Made by a program: the position numbers and the translations under genes
The notes under the pieces: model-generated
Seen by the model: only the letters and a program-made list of their open reading frames with translations
The model's database searches: none
What the model was told of the DNA's origin: nothing
Assembly: GCA_963833095.1 (NCBI GenBank)
Contig: CAWHWQ010000005.1
Span: 256,001 to 320,000, forward strand
DNA length: 64,000 nucleotides
Direction of reading: 5' to 3'
DNA from: Vulcanimicrobiota bacterium
Lineage (GTDB): Bacteria > Vulcanimicrobiota > Vulcanimicrobiia > Vulcanimicrobiales > Vulcanimicrobiaceae
Part shown: one piece after another, positions 53,445 to 63,285 of the stretch
How the letters are laid out: each line of letters starts with the position of its first letter
Position numbering within the stretch: position 1 is the stretch's first letter

Positions 53445-55501
53445 TACACCGCCTCCAGCGCCGGCACGTGCGCGGCTGTTGCGTTCATCGTCAGCAGATC
53501 GTACGCCGCTGCGATTTCATCATTTTGATTGAAGACGGTGACGGACCACCGGACCTCACCGTACTCAGGCTTGCGCGGCGTCTTCTCTTTCACCGTGAGC
53601 CGCACATGAATCGCATCACCGGGATAGACCGGCTTGACGAAGCGCAGATTTTCGAGACCGTAGTTCGCCAGCACCGGGCCGAGCTGCGACCGCACGAAGA
53701 GTCCGGCGGCAAACGAGAGCACCAGATACCCGTGTGCGACACGACCTTCGAAGAAGGGGCTGACTTTGGCGGCCGCCTCATCCATGTGCGCGTAGAACGT
53801 ATCGCCGGTGAACTCCGCAAAGCGCTCGATATCCTCGATCGTGATTTCGCGCGACGCGGTGTAGAATGTCTCGCCGACGTGCAGCGCTTCAAAGGGCCGC
53901 TCGAACGGATGACTGGCGGTTTGCGTTTCGGCTGCACCGGGGTTCCACACGCCGCTCACGGTCGCAATGCGTTGCGGCGTCCCTTGCACGGCAGTGCGCT
54001 GCATATAGTGGAAGACACCGCGGATGCCGCCCATCTCTTCGCTTCCGCCGGCGCGGCCGGGACCCCCGTGCACGAGCGGGGCAAGCGGCGTGCCGTGGCC
54101 GGTTTGTTCCTTGGCGTCGTCGCGATCGACCACGAGCACTCGTCCGTGAAACGGCGCGATGCCCAGCACGAGGGCGTCGGCCGTCGCAGCGTCGTACGAA
54201 AAGACCGACGCGACGAGACTGCCTTCGCCGCGGTTGGCAATCTCGATCGCGTCGTCGATGGTGTCGTACGCCATAAGGGTCGTGACCGGACCGAATGCTT
54301 CGATGCTGTGAACGCTTACCGATTCCAAAGGCAAATCGCAACGAAGCACGACCGGCGCCATATACGCTCCAGCTCGCACGTCGCCGTCGGTGACACGTGG
54401 CGTCGCAGACGGATCGCCATAAACGATCCGCGCCTCTTTCGCAAGCTCCGCAACCGCAGCTAAGACGTCATCCCGTTGCCCTTGACTGACTAGCGCACCG
54501 ATCGTCACCCCCTCGCTGCGCGGATTGCCGAGGATCGCCCGATCCAAACGCGCGCTGAGCGCGCTTTGCACGCGATCCATCATCGCGCGCGGCACGATCG
54601 CGCGCCGAATGCAGGTGCAACGCTGGCCCGCTTTGGTCGTAATCTCGCGCGCCACTTCTTTGATGAAGAGCTCAAACTCCGGCGCATCGGCCTCGATGTC
54701 CGGGCCGAGAATTGCCGCGTTGAGCGAATCCTGTTCGGCGATGAAGCGCACGCTGTTCGCGAGGATGGCAGGCGTGCGCTGCAACTTGGCAGCGGTCTGC
54801 GCAGAGCCGGTGAATGACACGACGTCTTGCCCGGTCAAGCGATCCAGCAGATCGCCTACGCTGCCGGCAATGAGCTGCACGCTGCCCTCGGGTAAAATGC
54901 CCGACGCGACGATCTCCTCGAACACCGCATGCGCAACATACGCCGATTGCGTCGCGGGTTTGACGATCGCCGGCACGCCTGCGATGATCGCAGGCGCGAG
55001 TTTCTCGAGCATGCCCCAGGTCGGGAAATTATACGCGTTGATATGCACTGCGGCACCGCGCAGCGGGGTCATGATATGACGCGCGGCAAACGTCCCGCCT
55101 TTCGAGAGCGGTTCGAGCGCGCCATCAACGGCAACGCATGCGTCCGGCAACTCACGCCGCGCCTTTGACGCGAACGCAAAGAGCGTCATGATTCCGCCGT
55201 CGATGTCGACGAAGTTGTCTTTGCGCGTCGCGCCTGTTTCAAAAGCCAATTCGTAGAACCGCTCTTTGCGCGCATCGAGATGGAGGGCGAGGCGTTTGAC
55301 CAGGTCGGCGCGCTGATGAAAGGTTAGGGCGCGCAGCGCCGTTCCGCCCGGACCGCGCGCATGATCCAGGACGCGTTGAAAATCGACGCCTTTACTCGAA
55401 ACCAGCGCCACGCTCCGGCTGTCGACCGCCGAGAGGACCTCGGTGAACCCGTCCGGGGCCTCGTGCCACCCACCCGCGACATAGCTACGCAGTTTCATCA
55501 C
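53444..55501 (-). CDS. paaZ: Bifunctional oxepin-CoA hydrolase / aldehyde dehydrogenase
   Basis: INAYNFP, FTGS, KAGQRCT and EAFGPV (ALDH) plus a C-terminal MaoC domain ([17 protein letters not shown]). Confidence 0.96.
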   Translation of the reverse strand: MMKLRSYVAGGWHEAPDGFTEVLSAVDSRSVALVSSKGVDFQRVLDHARGPGGTALRALTFHQRADLVKRLALHLDARKERFYELAFETGATRKDNFVDIDGGIMTLFAFASKARRELPDACVAVDGALEPLSKGGTFAARHIMTPLRGAAVHINAYNFPTWGMLEKLAPAIIAGVPAIVKPATQSAYVAHAVFEEIVASGILPEGSVQLIAGSVGDLLDRLTGQDVVSFTGSAQTAAKLQRTPAILANSVRFIAEQDSLNAAILGPDIEADAPEFELFIKEVAREITTKAGQRCTCIRRAIVPRAMMDRVQSALSARLDRAILGNPRSEGVTIGALVSQGQRDDVLAAVAELAKEARIVYGDPSATPRVTDGDVRAGAYMAPVVLRCDLPLESVSVHSIEAFGPVTTLMAYDTIDDAIEIANRGEGSLVASVFSYDAATADALVLGIAPFHGRVLVVDRDDAKEQTGHGTPLAPLVHGGPGRAGGSEEMGGIRGVFHYMQRTAVQGTPQRIATVSGVWNPGAAETQTASHPFERPFEALHVGETFYTASREITIEDIERFAEFTGDTFYAHMDEAAAKVSPFFEGRVAHGYLVLSFAAGLFVRSQLGPVLANYGLENLRFVKPVYPGDAIHVRLTVKEKTPRKPEYGEVRWSVTVFNQNDEIAAAYDLLTMNATAAHVPALEAV

Positions 55502-55509
55502 GCCTCCGC

Positions 55510-55525
55510 CCTACCGAACGGTAGG
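55510..55525. promoter_or_regulatory. Putative PaaR (TetR) operator
   Basis: Perfect palindrome CCTACCG-AA-CGGTAGG between the paaZ promoter and its RBS. Confidence 0.65.
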
Positions 55526-55534
55526 TCAGCCTAA

Positions 55535-55563
55535 ATTCTACCTTGCCCCCGCCTCAAAATCAA
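55535..55563 (-). promoter_or_regulatory. Sigma-70-type promoter of the paa operon
   Basis: TTGATT-N17-TAGAAT on the minus strand upstream of paaZ. Confidence 0.65.
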
Positions 55564-55569
55564 CAGGAT

Positions 55570-56187
55570 TCAGCCTTCGGCTGAATCTGTGGCGTTTGGG
55601 CCTACGGCCCAATCCGCTCCGACGCCATGGAACGCTATGCGCTCGATCGCTTCAGCGATAACCGAGGCGGGCATGCGGCCGCCGGGACGATACCACTCCA
55701 CGACGGAGTTGGACATCCCGAATATCAGACGGACGACCAAGGGCGCCTCGACGTCGGCGCGGATCTCGCCCGAAGCCTGCGCCTCCCGGACGAGTTCGGC
55801 GACGCGCGCGTCAAATGTGCGCCGGCGTTCCATTGCCTCGCGCTCGGTCGTCGAGTTGCCGCGCACGCGGAAAAGGACGCTAACCTCGGCGCGCATCGAC
55901 ATCGTGATCTCTGCAACCCGGCGCACGATCGTCGCAAGGCGCTCGCGCGCACTTCCGGTGCGTGCCGCTGGTTCATCGAGCACCCCGAAGAGCGCGGTCA
56001 GCGCGCGTTCGAGCCCGCGCGCGAGCAACGCTTCCTTGCTCGGAACGTGGTGATAGATACTCGCCTTGGTGATTCCCGCGGCGCGCGCGACGTCTTCCAT
56101 CGAAGCGGCGTCGAAGCCGCGTTCGGCAAAGATGTGGAAGGCCACGTCGGTGACCGAGTCGATGTCGTAGGGGCGGCGCGCTTCCAT
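55570..56187 (-). CDS. paaR: TetR-family regulator of the paa genes (PaaR-like)
   Basis: FAERGFDAASMEDVARAAGITKASIYHHVPSKEALL HTH; C-terminal EWYRPGG; adjacent to paaZ. Confidence 0.85.
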   Translation of the reverse strand: MEARRPYDIDSVTDVAFHIFAERGFDAASMEDVARAAGITKASIYHHVPSKEALLARGLERALTALFGVLDEPAARTGSARERLATIVRRVAEITMSMRAEVSVLFRVRGNSTTEREAMERRRTFDARVAELVREAQASGEIRADVEAPLVVRLIFGMSNSVVEWYRPGGRMPASVIAEAIERIAFHGVGADWAVGPNATDSAEG

Positions 56188-56245
56188 CCCGCCCGTATGC
56201 GAACCGGAAGGGCCCCTCACCTCCGCCGTCGGAACGATTGGCGCT

Positions 56246-57229
56246 ATGCTCTCCAACGATCAGCTCGTCAAGATGCTCGAAAACATGCTCCTGCAGCGCG
56301 CGGTCGACACCCGCGGCTTCCAGCTGAACCGGCAAGGCAAAATCGGTATCGCGATGGGATCCGAAGGGCATGAGGCCGCGCAGGCGGGGGCCGGGATGGC
56401 CTTCGAACGCGGTAAGGATCTCCTGTATCCGTATTACCGCAACACCGGCATTACACTCGCATGCGGCTTTGCATTGGAAGACGTATTTCGCTCGCAATTC
56501 GCGCGCGCGACCGATACGACGGGCGGCAAGTCGATTATCAATCACGTGACCGACAAAGCCAAAGGCATTGCGACGATCTCCTCCATCCTCGCGGCACAGT
56601 GTCCCCATGCTGTCGGCGCGGCCTACGCGATCAAATATCGGGGCGAGCGCGATCGCATGGTGCTCTGTCAGTTCGGAGAAGGCTCGACCAGCGAAGGCGA
56701 GTGGCACGAGTCGATCAACTTCGCGGCGATCGCCAAAGTGCCGGTCGTTTTCCTATGCGAAAACAACCAATGGGCGATCTCGACCCCGATTTCTAAACAA
56801 ATGGGAAATCCCAGCGTCGCCTCGCGCGCCGAAGGCTATGGCATCGAGGGCGTGGTGGTCGATGGTTTCGATCCGGTCGCCGTGTACGACGCGGTTCATC
56901 GCGCGCGCGAGAAAGCGGTGAGCGGCGGCGGCCCGACCCTGGTCGAAGCCATGTGCTATCGCTTTCTTTCGCACACCACCGATGATGACGAACGTACCTA
57001 TCGCACGCGCGAAGAAGTTGCGGGGCAACGCGTCAACGATCCGGTCCCGCGCTTTGAGCAGCGGCTCATTAACGAAGGAATCTTAACGCCGGAGCGCATC
57101 GAGGAGATGCGCAAGGCCATCGCCGCGCGCGTCAACGCTACCACCGACGCCGTCGAAAACGAGCCGTCACCCGAGCCGTCGACCCTGTATGATCAGGTCT
57201 ACGCCGGCTCGCACGAAATGTGGGTGTAG
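56246..57229 (+). CDS. ThDP-dependent 2-oxoacid dehydrogenase E1 alpha subunit (branched-chain type)
   Basis: LNRQGKI, GHEAAQ, PYYR, GEGSTSEG...ENNQWAIS (ThDP motif) and YRFLSHTTDDD. Confidence 0.9.
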   Translation: MLSNDQLVKMLENMLLQRAVDTRGFQLNRQGKIGIAMGSEGHEAAQAGAGMAFERGKDLLYPYYRNTGITLACGFALEDVFRSQFARATDTTGGKSIINHVTDKAKGIATISSILAAQCPHAVGAAYAIKYRGERDRMVLCQFGEGSTSEGEWHESINFAAIAKVPVVFLCENNQWAISTPISKQMGNPSVASRAEGYGIEGVVVDGFDPVAVYDAVHRAREKAVSGGGPTLVEAMCYRFLSHTTDDDERTYRTREEVAGQRVNDPVPRFEQRLINEGILTPERIEEMRKAIAARVNATTDAVENEPSPEPSTLYDQVYAGSHEMWV

Positions 57230-57233
57230 CCAC

Positions 57234-57454
57234 CCTTGTTATCCCGAGCGTCGCCGCGAAGCAGCGAAGTCGAGGGATCGACGCAATGTGCGGCCTTCGA
57301 CGTTCGGTCGAACGGGTTAGCCGAGCGGTGAGCACCCTGACAATGTAGCCTTGTGCGAAACGCGAGGCGCTTAGTGAGGCCGAATGTCGAAGGCGGCGAC
57401 GTGAGTCGATCCCTCGACTTCGGCGCAATGCGCCGACGCTCGGGATGACAAAGG
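57234..57454. repeat. ~220-bp nested inverted-repeat element (REP/MITE-like or structured RNA)
   Basis: Arms TTGTTATCCCGAGCGTCG / CGACGCTCGGGATGACAA, GAAGTCGAGGGATCGAC / GTCGATCCCTCGACTTC and GCCTTCGACGTTCGGTC / GGCCGAATGTCGAAGGC. Confidence 0.75.
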
Positions 57455-57465
57455 CGATCGCGGTT

Positions 57466-58806
57466 TTAGAGATGTGGCAACTCGTCGCGCGGCGCTAAGC
57501 CCGCGTCGGTCGCCGCGCTCGATTGGGCTTCGCGCGAATAGACGCGCAATTCGGCGATGTCGCGCGGGAAAAGCATCTCAAGCGTCCAGTCGAAGGCCAC
57601 GCGCAGCTTGCGATCAAGCCCGGGCAAACGCGAGAGATAGTACGAGCGCCATAGGAACCACGCGAGGAATCCGGTGAGCACGTGTCCGCCAGGCAGTTGC
57701 GCCACCGCGCGCCTTGCACCCAGCGATGCCATCATGCCTAGGGCCGTGTAGTGAAACGGTTTTGTTGCTTTACCGCGCAACGTCGCCACGATATTGTCGG
57801 CCAAAGCCGGTCCCTCGCGAATCGCGTGCTGCGCGGTCAGCGGAAAGAAGCCGCCGGCGTCGTCAGGGATCGCTGCGCAATCGCCGAGCGCCCAGATATC
57901 ACGTAGGCCCTCGACGGCAAAGTCGCGTCCCACGACGATCGCACCCCGCTTGCTGCGCGGCAACGGAGAGCCGCCGATCGTCGGAGCCGGTGCAACGCCG
58001 GCACTCCACACGATCGTCGCCGTCTCGATACGCGCGCCGCTCTGCAACACGATACCGTCGTCGTCCGCGCTGGCGACGCCGTCGCCCGTGCGAATCTCGA
58101 CGCCGCGCTTGCGCAAGAAATCCGCCGAGTAGCTACCCATGCGTGGCGGAAGGCCAGGCAAGAGTACCGGACCGCCTTCGATCAACACGATGCGCACCAT
58201 CGCGCGGTCGATGCTCGGATAGAAGCGCAGAACGCTGTGGAACAGTTCCACGAACTCGCCCGTTGCCTCGACGCCGGTGAAGCCGCCGCCCACGACAACG
58301 ACGGTGAGATAGCGCCGGCGCAGTGTGTCATCGGCGGTCGTGTCGGCCAATTCGAGCAACCACACCAAGCGATTGCGCAGGATACCCGCGTCTTCGAGCG
58401 TCTTGAGCGCGAAGACGCGCTCGGCGACACCAGGCAACCCGAAGGTTGACGTCGATGAACCGAGCGCTATCACCAATTGATCGTAGGCGATACGTTCGCG
58501 GTCACCAGTGAGCGTATGCGTGATTTCAACCTCGCCCGTAGCGATGTTGAGCGCGCGAACGTCGGCCAGCACAAACTGCGTGCGACCCAGTTGCGAGCGA
58601 ATCGGCGTTACGACGTGACGAATGTCAAGCGCGCCCGAACTGACTTCGGGCAGCATCGGGGTGAATAGCGAAAAATTCTCACGGCTGATCAACGTGATCT
58701 CGCCCTCGCCGGGACGCAGCCTTCGTTCGAGACGCTGAGCAACCGCGATGCCGCCGAACCCGCCGCCGAGAATGACGATTCGCGCAGGACGTGACGAACG
58801 GTTCAT
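57466..58806 (-). CDS. ndh: Type II NADH dehydrogenase family FAD oxidoreductase
   Basis: ILGGGFGG, FTPMLPEV, VVGGGFTGVE, WALGDCA and AQHAIREG motifs. Confidence 0.9.
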   Translation of the reverse strand: MNRSSRPARIVILGGGFGGIAVAQRLERRLRPGEGEITLISRENFSLFTPMLPEVSSGALDIRHVVTPIRSQLGRTQFVLADVRALNIATGEVEITHTLTGDRERIAYDQLVIALGSSTSTFGLPGVAERVFALKTLEDAGILRNRLVWLLELADTTADDTLRRRYLTVVVVGGGFTGVEATGEFVELFHSVLRFYPSIDRAMVRIVLIEGGPVLLPGLPPRMGSYSADFLRKRGVEIRTGDGVASADDDGIVLQSGARIETATIVWSAGVAPAPTIGGSPLPRSKRGAIVVGRDFAVEGLRDIWALGDCAAIPDDAGGFFPLTAQHAIREGPALADNIVATLRGKATKPFHYTALGMMASLGARRAVAQLPGGHVLTGFLAWFLWRSYYLSRLPGLDRKLRVAFDWTLEMLFPRDIAELRVYSREAQSSAATDAGLAPRDELPHL

Positions 58807-58823
58807 CTGAATGCTCTTCTGCC

Positions 58824-59687
58824 ATGCACGACGAGCAACCCGTCGAGGGAGAGTACCAAGCCCCTGCCGTTCCGCCTGCGCCGGGCGCGCCGCAAAAGAA
58901 GGCTGGTCGCCGCGCGGGCGGGCTCGGCACGATCGCCGCGGGACTCGGCGTCCTCGCGCTAAAATTCAAAGCGCTGCTCGCCATCCTTTTGAACTTCAAA
59001 TTCGTGCTGATCGGCGCGAAGCTGTTTGCCGTGAGCTGGACGTTCATTCTCTCGCTGGCCTTCTATGTCGTGGCGTTCGGATGGCGGATCGGCGTCGTCT
59101 TGGTGCTATTGATCGCCGCGCATGAACTCGGTCACTACTTTGCCTACCGCGCCTACGGCTTGCCGGTGCGCGCGCCGGTCTTCGTTCCATTTCTCGGTGC
59201 CTATACGGCCGGCGCAATCGCACCCGATCTCGAAGCCGACGCGTACATCGCGCTTGCGGGGCCGCTCACCGGTTTCGTTCTCGCCGGCGCGTGCTTTGCG
59301 CTGGGATCGGCAACCAACGATCGCTTTTGGCTTGCCTGCGCCGACATCGGCGCCTTCTTGAACCTCTTCAACATGCTCCCGGTGTTGCCGTTCGACGGCG
59401 GACGCGTCATAGGCGCGATCTGGCCGCCGCTGTGGATCGGCGGCGTCGTGCTCTTTGTTGCGGCCGCCTTTTGGCTCGGCGTACCAATCATCTTTGTATT
59501 GCTCATCGGGCTGCTCGGATTGCCGGCGATGATTTCGGCACTCCGCGGGCATGCAGATCCGCGCGCCGCCGCGATGACGAACGCCGCCCGCGCGCGCGTC
59601 GGCGTTTGGTATCTTGCGACGATCATTGGTCTGATGTACATCGTCGGCCAATCGCACGGCGGCCTGACCCACCCGGGAGCGCTATGA
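58824..59687 (+). CDS. Site-2 protease (M50) family protein
   Basis: HELGH, ALAGP and FNMLPVLPFDGG motifs. Confidence 0.92.
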   Translation: MHDEQPVEGEYQAPAVPPAPGAPQKKAGRRAGGLGTIAAGLGVLALKFKALLAILLNFKFVLIGAKLFAVSWTFILSLAFYVVAFGWRIGVVLVLLIAAHELGHYFAYRAYGLPVRAPVFVPFLGAYTAGAIAPDLEADAYIALAGPLTGFVLAGACFALGSATNDRFWLACADIGAFLNLFNMLPVLPFDGGRVIGAIWPPLWIGGVVLFVAAAFWLGVPIIFVLLIGLLGLPAMISALRGHADPRAAAMTNAARARVGVWYLATIIGLMYIVGQSHGGLTHPGAL

Positions 59688-60241
59688 GCGAGCAACCGCC
59701 GGATTTTGCGATGCAGCGCGCAGTCGAGATTCTCGCGAGTATTTACGAGCGTCAGCATAAGCTGGACAACGCGCCGCCGCCTCCCTCCGACAAGCCGATT
59801 CTGATGTTCAGCGAAGGACTCGCGCTCGACGTGAATACCACGACACGCCCCGACGTCGAGCGTCAACTCGGCATCGCCTTTAGCTATCCCACGCGTGGAT
59901 GGCACACGTACGGTGTACGCGGCCGCGACGGCGCGCGTTTGCTCTTGAGCATCTTTTATTCGAAGCAGCGCCTTGCGTCGGCTGAACTCTATCTGCCCAA
60001 GGTCGATCGTGCGCCAAAACTCGAACCGCAGGACGCGCATTTCCGTCTGGTCCCCGGCGAGATCGAAGTCGGCATGCAATTCACGTCGCTACCCGAACAC
60101 TTCGGTCCCATGAATGGGATGCCGACGCGCATCGGTCCCTACGAAGCTATGTTCGAAGCGCGTTTTCCGGGCGGCGCAGCCTACGCGATGGGCAACGATG
60201 GCACCATCGAACGGCTGGCACTTTACACCCTGCAGGCATGA
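59684..60241 (+). CDS. Hypothetical protein
   Basis: ATGA overlaps on both sides (translational coupling); no motif recognised. Confidence 0.7.
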   Translation: MSEQPPDFAMQRAVEILASIYERQHKLDNAPPPPSDKPILMFSEGLALDVNTTTRPDVERQLGIAFSYPTRGWHTYGVRGRDGARLLLSIFYSKQRLASAELYLPKVDRAPKLEPQDAHFRLVPGEIEVGMQFTSLPEHFGPMNGMPTRIGPYEAMFEARFPGGAAYAMGNDGTIERLALYTLQA

Positions 60242-61641
60242 CGCCGCGCATCATCTGCGCAGCGCTGGCCGCGATCCTTATTGCCGTTGCGTTGCTCGCA
60301 CTTCGCCCTCCGGAGCGTGCGGGCGGATCGCTACGCGACTTCCAAGTCTATCGAGCCGCCGGCGCCGTTGCCGCGGACCGCGGGGATCCGTATTCTGCGG
60401 CGGTCGCGCGCTATGAACCGGCGTTGCCGCACGGAGCGATGATGCAGTTCGTAAGCACCCCGGCAACGCTCCCGTTTTGGCGATTCTTTGCGCGCCTTTC
60501 CGATCCGGCGGCGACCGCTTTGTGGAAACTGCTCCTGGCTTGCGCCCTCCTTGCGCTCTCACTCGGCACTGCGATGCTCGCTCGTGTACGATCGCCCTTC
60601 GAGCTCCTTTGCATCGCGCTTGGAACACTCGCCTTTGCGCCAAACACTACGGCGCTCGCGCTCGGACAGACGGCGATCGTCGGGGCAGCTGCCGCCGCCT
60701 TGGCTCTGGCGCTGCGCACGTCTGCGGCGCTCGCGACCGGATCCTTCATCGCGCTCGCGTTCCAACCCAATACGGCACTCGGCTTGCTGGCCGCACTGCG
60801 CCGCGGAGGTGTGTGGATCGGGCTTGCGATCGTTGCACTCTATGCGTGCGGTGGGATTGAAAGCGGCCCGCTCTGGCCGATCGCCTACGCGCATCTTCTC
60901 GTCGATCAATCGGCGGCAGAGGGCCGCTCCGTCATGCAGCTTACGCCCGGAGCGATCGCCTACGGATTCGGCGCCACGCCGGCGTCCGCCGGCACGGTCG
61001 CGATTCTAGCGGCGCTTGCGGCGCTCGTCGCGGCAGCTATCGCCGCGTGGCGAAGTCGCAACGAACGTCTTGCCTTCGCCGCAATTTCGTGCGCGCTCCC
61101 CTTTGTCTGCAGCTACTTCCACGCGCAAAATTTCACTGCGCTCTTCGCGCCCGCGATGATCGCGCTTCGTAGTGCGCCGGCGCGGGTCCAAGGCCTCGCG
61201 TTGTGCGCGACGATCGCGATCGGCGGGAACTGGCTTGACTTCGCTGCGTCGCCGCACGCGCTCGCGCAAGATCTCGTGCTGGGTTGCGGATTGATCGCGG
61301 CTTGTCTCGCGCTCTTTTCGGGCATCAGCGCGAAGCTCGTGCTTTATGCCCTCGGGAATGTCGCATTTCTCGCCATCGGCGCGTGGCTCGGCGCAATGCA
61401 TCCGATTCCGTTGTGGCCCGACGGCTTTCCGGGCATCGTCTTTCCCGCACACGCGGGGGCCACGCACCTATGGCACGACGAGCTTGCGGCCACGGGCCTG
61501 CTGATGCCCAATCCTGCGAGCGCGTTACTACGCATGCTCCCGCTCGCCGGCTCCGCGACACTTCTGATTCTACTATGCAAAATGGAAAGCTCTGATTTAG
61601 TTCGGATCGAGGAAGCGAAGCTGACGACAAGCCCGGACTAA
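60238..61641 (+). CDS. GT87/DUF2029-like membrane glycosyltransferase
   Basis: RDFQVYRAAG, DPY, FVSTP and LALGQ motifs in a multi-TM protein. Confidence 0.65.
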   Translation: MTPRIICAALAAILIAVALLALRPPERAGGSLRDFQVYRAAGAVAADRGDPYSAAVARYEPALPHGAMMQFVSTPATLPFWRFFARLSDPAATALWKLLLACALLALSLGTAMLARVRSPFELLCIALGTLAFAPNTTALALGQTAIVGAAAAALALALRTSAALATGSFIALAFQPNTALGLLAALRRGGVWIGLAIVALYACGGIESGPLWPIAYAHLLVDQSAAEGRSVMQLTPGAIAYGFGATPASAGTVAILAALAALVAAAIAAWRSRNERLAFAAISCALPFVCSYFHAQNFTALFAPAMIALRSAPARVQGLALCATIAIGGNWLDFAASPHALAQDLVLGCGLIAACLALFSGISAKLVLYALGNVAFLAIGAWLGAMHPIPLWPDGFPGIVFPAHAGATHLWHDELAATGLLMPNPASALLRMLPLAGSATLLILLCKMESSDLVRIEEAKLTTSPD

Positions 61642-61653
61642 ATCAGAGTTTTC

Positions 61654-63285
61654 CTAGATGTCGACGTTCATCATGTCGTCGAACGGCGTAACGCTGTTGG
61701 GGTGGAAGCCCTTTAAATCTTTGTTGTACACGTAGAGATCAGAAACGCTGTACAACACGATCTCGGGAAGATCTTTGGCCAACTGTTCCAAAACCACGCG
61801 ATCGTCGGTATTGCGCTGCGCCTGGTCATAGTGCCCGAAGATCGCCTGAATCGCGGCGTTGGCCGCGGGATTACACCAATGCACGTCGTTTTGGCCCTTT
61901 GGCGGAACCTGATTGCAGGCGAAGAGGGGTGAATAGTCTCCGATCGGATCGCCGATCCAATTGAACAAGATGACATCCCATTTCCCGTTGTAAAGGATGC
62001 CGCCGTCACCATAGGGTGCGAAGAGCATCGGCGCGGGATACTGGTGCACGTTGATACCGACGCCGATCTGTTGCCAGGTCGACCGGAAGAACTCGATCTC
62101 GTGATCAACGTTGACCGCCCCTGTCTGCTCGACCATCGTGAGGTTCAGCTTGACGCCGTTCTTCGCGCGAATGCCGTCCGCGCCACGTTTCCATCCGGCG
62201 GCGTCGAGCATGGCGTTGGCCTTAGCAATGTTGAAGGGAACGAGCGGAATATTCGAATCGTAATAAGGAGCGGCTTTCGAGGCCGGCGTTTCCTGCACTG
62301 TTTGAATGCCGTGCTGGAATTTTTGATTGAGTGCGACGCGATCGGTTGCGAGCTCGATCGCGCGGCGGACGACCGGATCCGAGACCCCCGGATGGGTGAG
62401 ATTGAAATCGAGATGACCCCAGGTGTAACTAGGCTGGTGCATCGCTGTGTAACCGTCGAGATTGCTCACGCGATCGAAGTACGCGCCGGGAACATTGGTC
62501 CACATGTCGAGCTCGTGTCCCTGGATCTGGGCCAGGACCGTGTCGCGACTGGGTACGATCTCGAAGTCGACTTCCGTGAGCTTGGGCTGCCCACGGAAAT
62601 AGTATGGGTTCGGAACCATCACAACTTTCTGCGCGCGAACCCACTCCTTATACTTGAACGGACCGGCGCCGACCGGCAGGGCGTTAAAAGCCACGCTGTT
62701 GATGTTGGGATACTGCGCAAGCAGATGTTTGGGCAGTATCGACGGGTTGCCGCCCGCGCTCGAGAAGAACGTGACGATGAACGGCGAGTAGGGCTTCCTC
62801 AGGTGGAAGGCAACGGTGTATTTGTCGGGCTCATCGACTTTGGTGATGAGATCCCAACCCGAACGGCTGGTGATATTGTTCGCCGGATTCATCACCTCAT
62901 GGTAGGTGAAGACCACGTCGTCGGCGTTGAGGGGGGCTCCGTCTGACCATTTCAGCCCTTTTCGAAGATGATAGGTGATCGTCAAGCCGTCTTGGCTGAT
63001 GCCGCCATTCGCCTTGCTCGGCACCTGCGTCGCAAGCTCGGGATACGGAAGATTGTGCGCGTCCCACTTGATCAAGTATGCCGCCGTCATCGACGACAGG
63101 TAACCCAGGGTGGCCTGCTGATTGAGCAGCGTATTGAGCGTGCTGATGTCTTCTGCGTTGGCGTACCGCAACGTATGCGGAATCGTCCAAGAGTTGGCCC
63201 GTCCACCTTCGCCGGTCTGCGCGGCTTTCGAACACGCACTCATTGCGAGTGCTCCCGCAAGCAACGTTACAGCTAAACGCTTCAT
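61654..63285 (-). CDS. Peptide ABC transporter substrate-binding lipoprotein (family 5)
   Basis: Lipobox MSAC, LKWSDGAPLNADDVVFT, PVGAGPF and VRRAI motifs. Confidence 0.92.
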   Translation of the reverse strand: MKRLAVTLLAGALAMSACSKAAQTGEGGRANSWTIPHTLRYANAEDISTLNTLLNQQATLGYLSSMTAAYLIKWDAHNLPYPELATQVPSKANGGISQDGLTITYHLRKGLKWSDGAPLNADDVVFTYHEVMNPANNITSRSGWDLITKVDEPDKYTVAFHLRKPYSPFIVTFFSSAGGNPSILPKHLLAQYPNINSVAFNALPVGAGPFKYKEWVRAQKVVMVPNPYYFRGQPKLTEVDFEIVPSRDTVLAQIQGHELDMWTNVPGAYFDRVSNLDGYTAMHQPSYTWGHLDFNLTHPGVSDPVVRRAIELATDRVALNQKFQHGIQTVQETPASKAAPYYDSNIPLVPFNIAKANAMLDAAGWKRGADGIRAKNGVKLNLTMVEQTGAVNVDHEIEFFRSTWQQIGVGINVHQYPAPMLFAPYGDGGILYNGKWDVILFNWIGDPIGDYSPLFACNQVPPKGQNDVHWCNPAANAAIQAIFGHYDQAQRNTDDRVVLEQLAKDLPEIVLYSVSDLYVYNKDLKGFHPNSVTPFDDMMNVDI

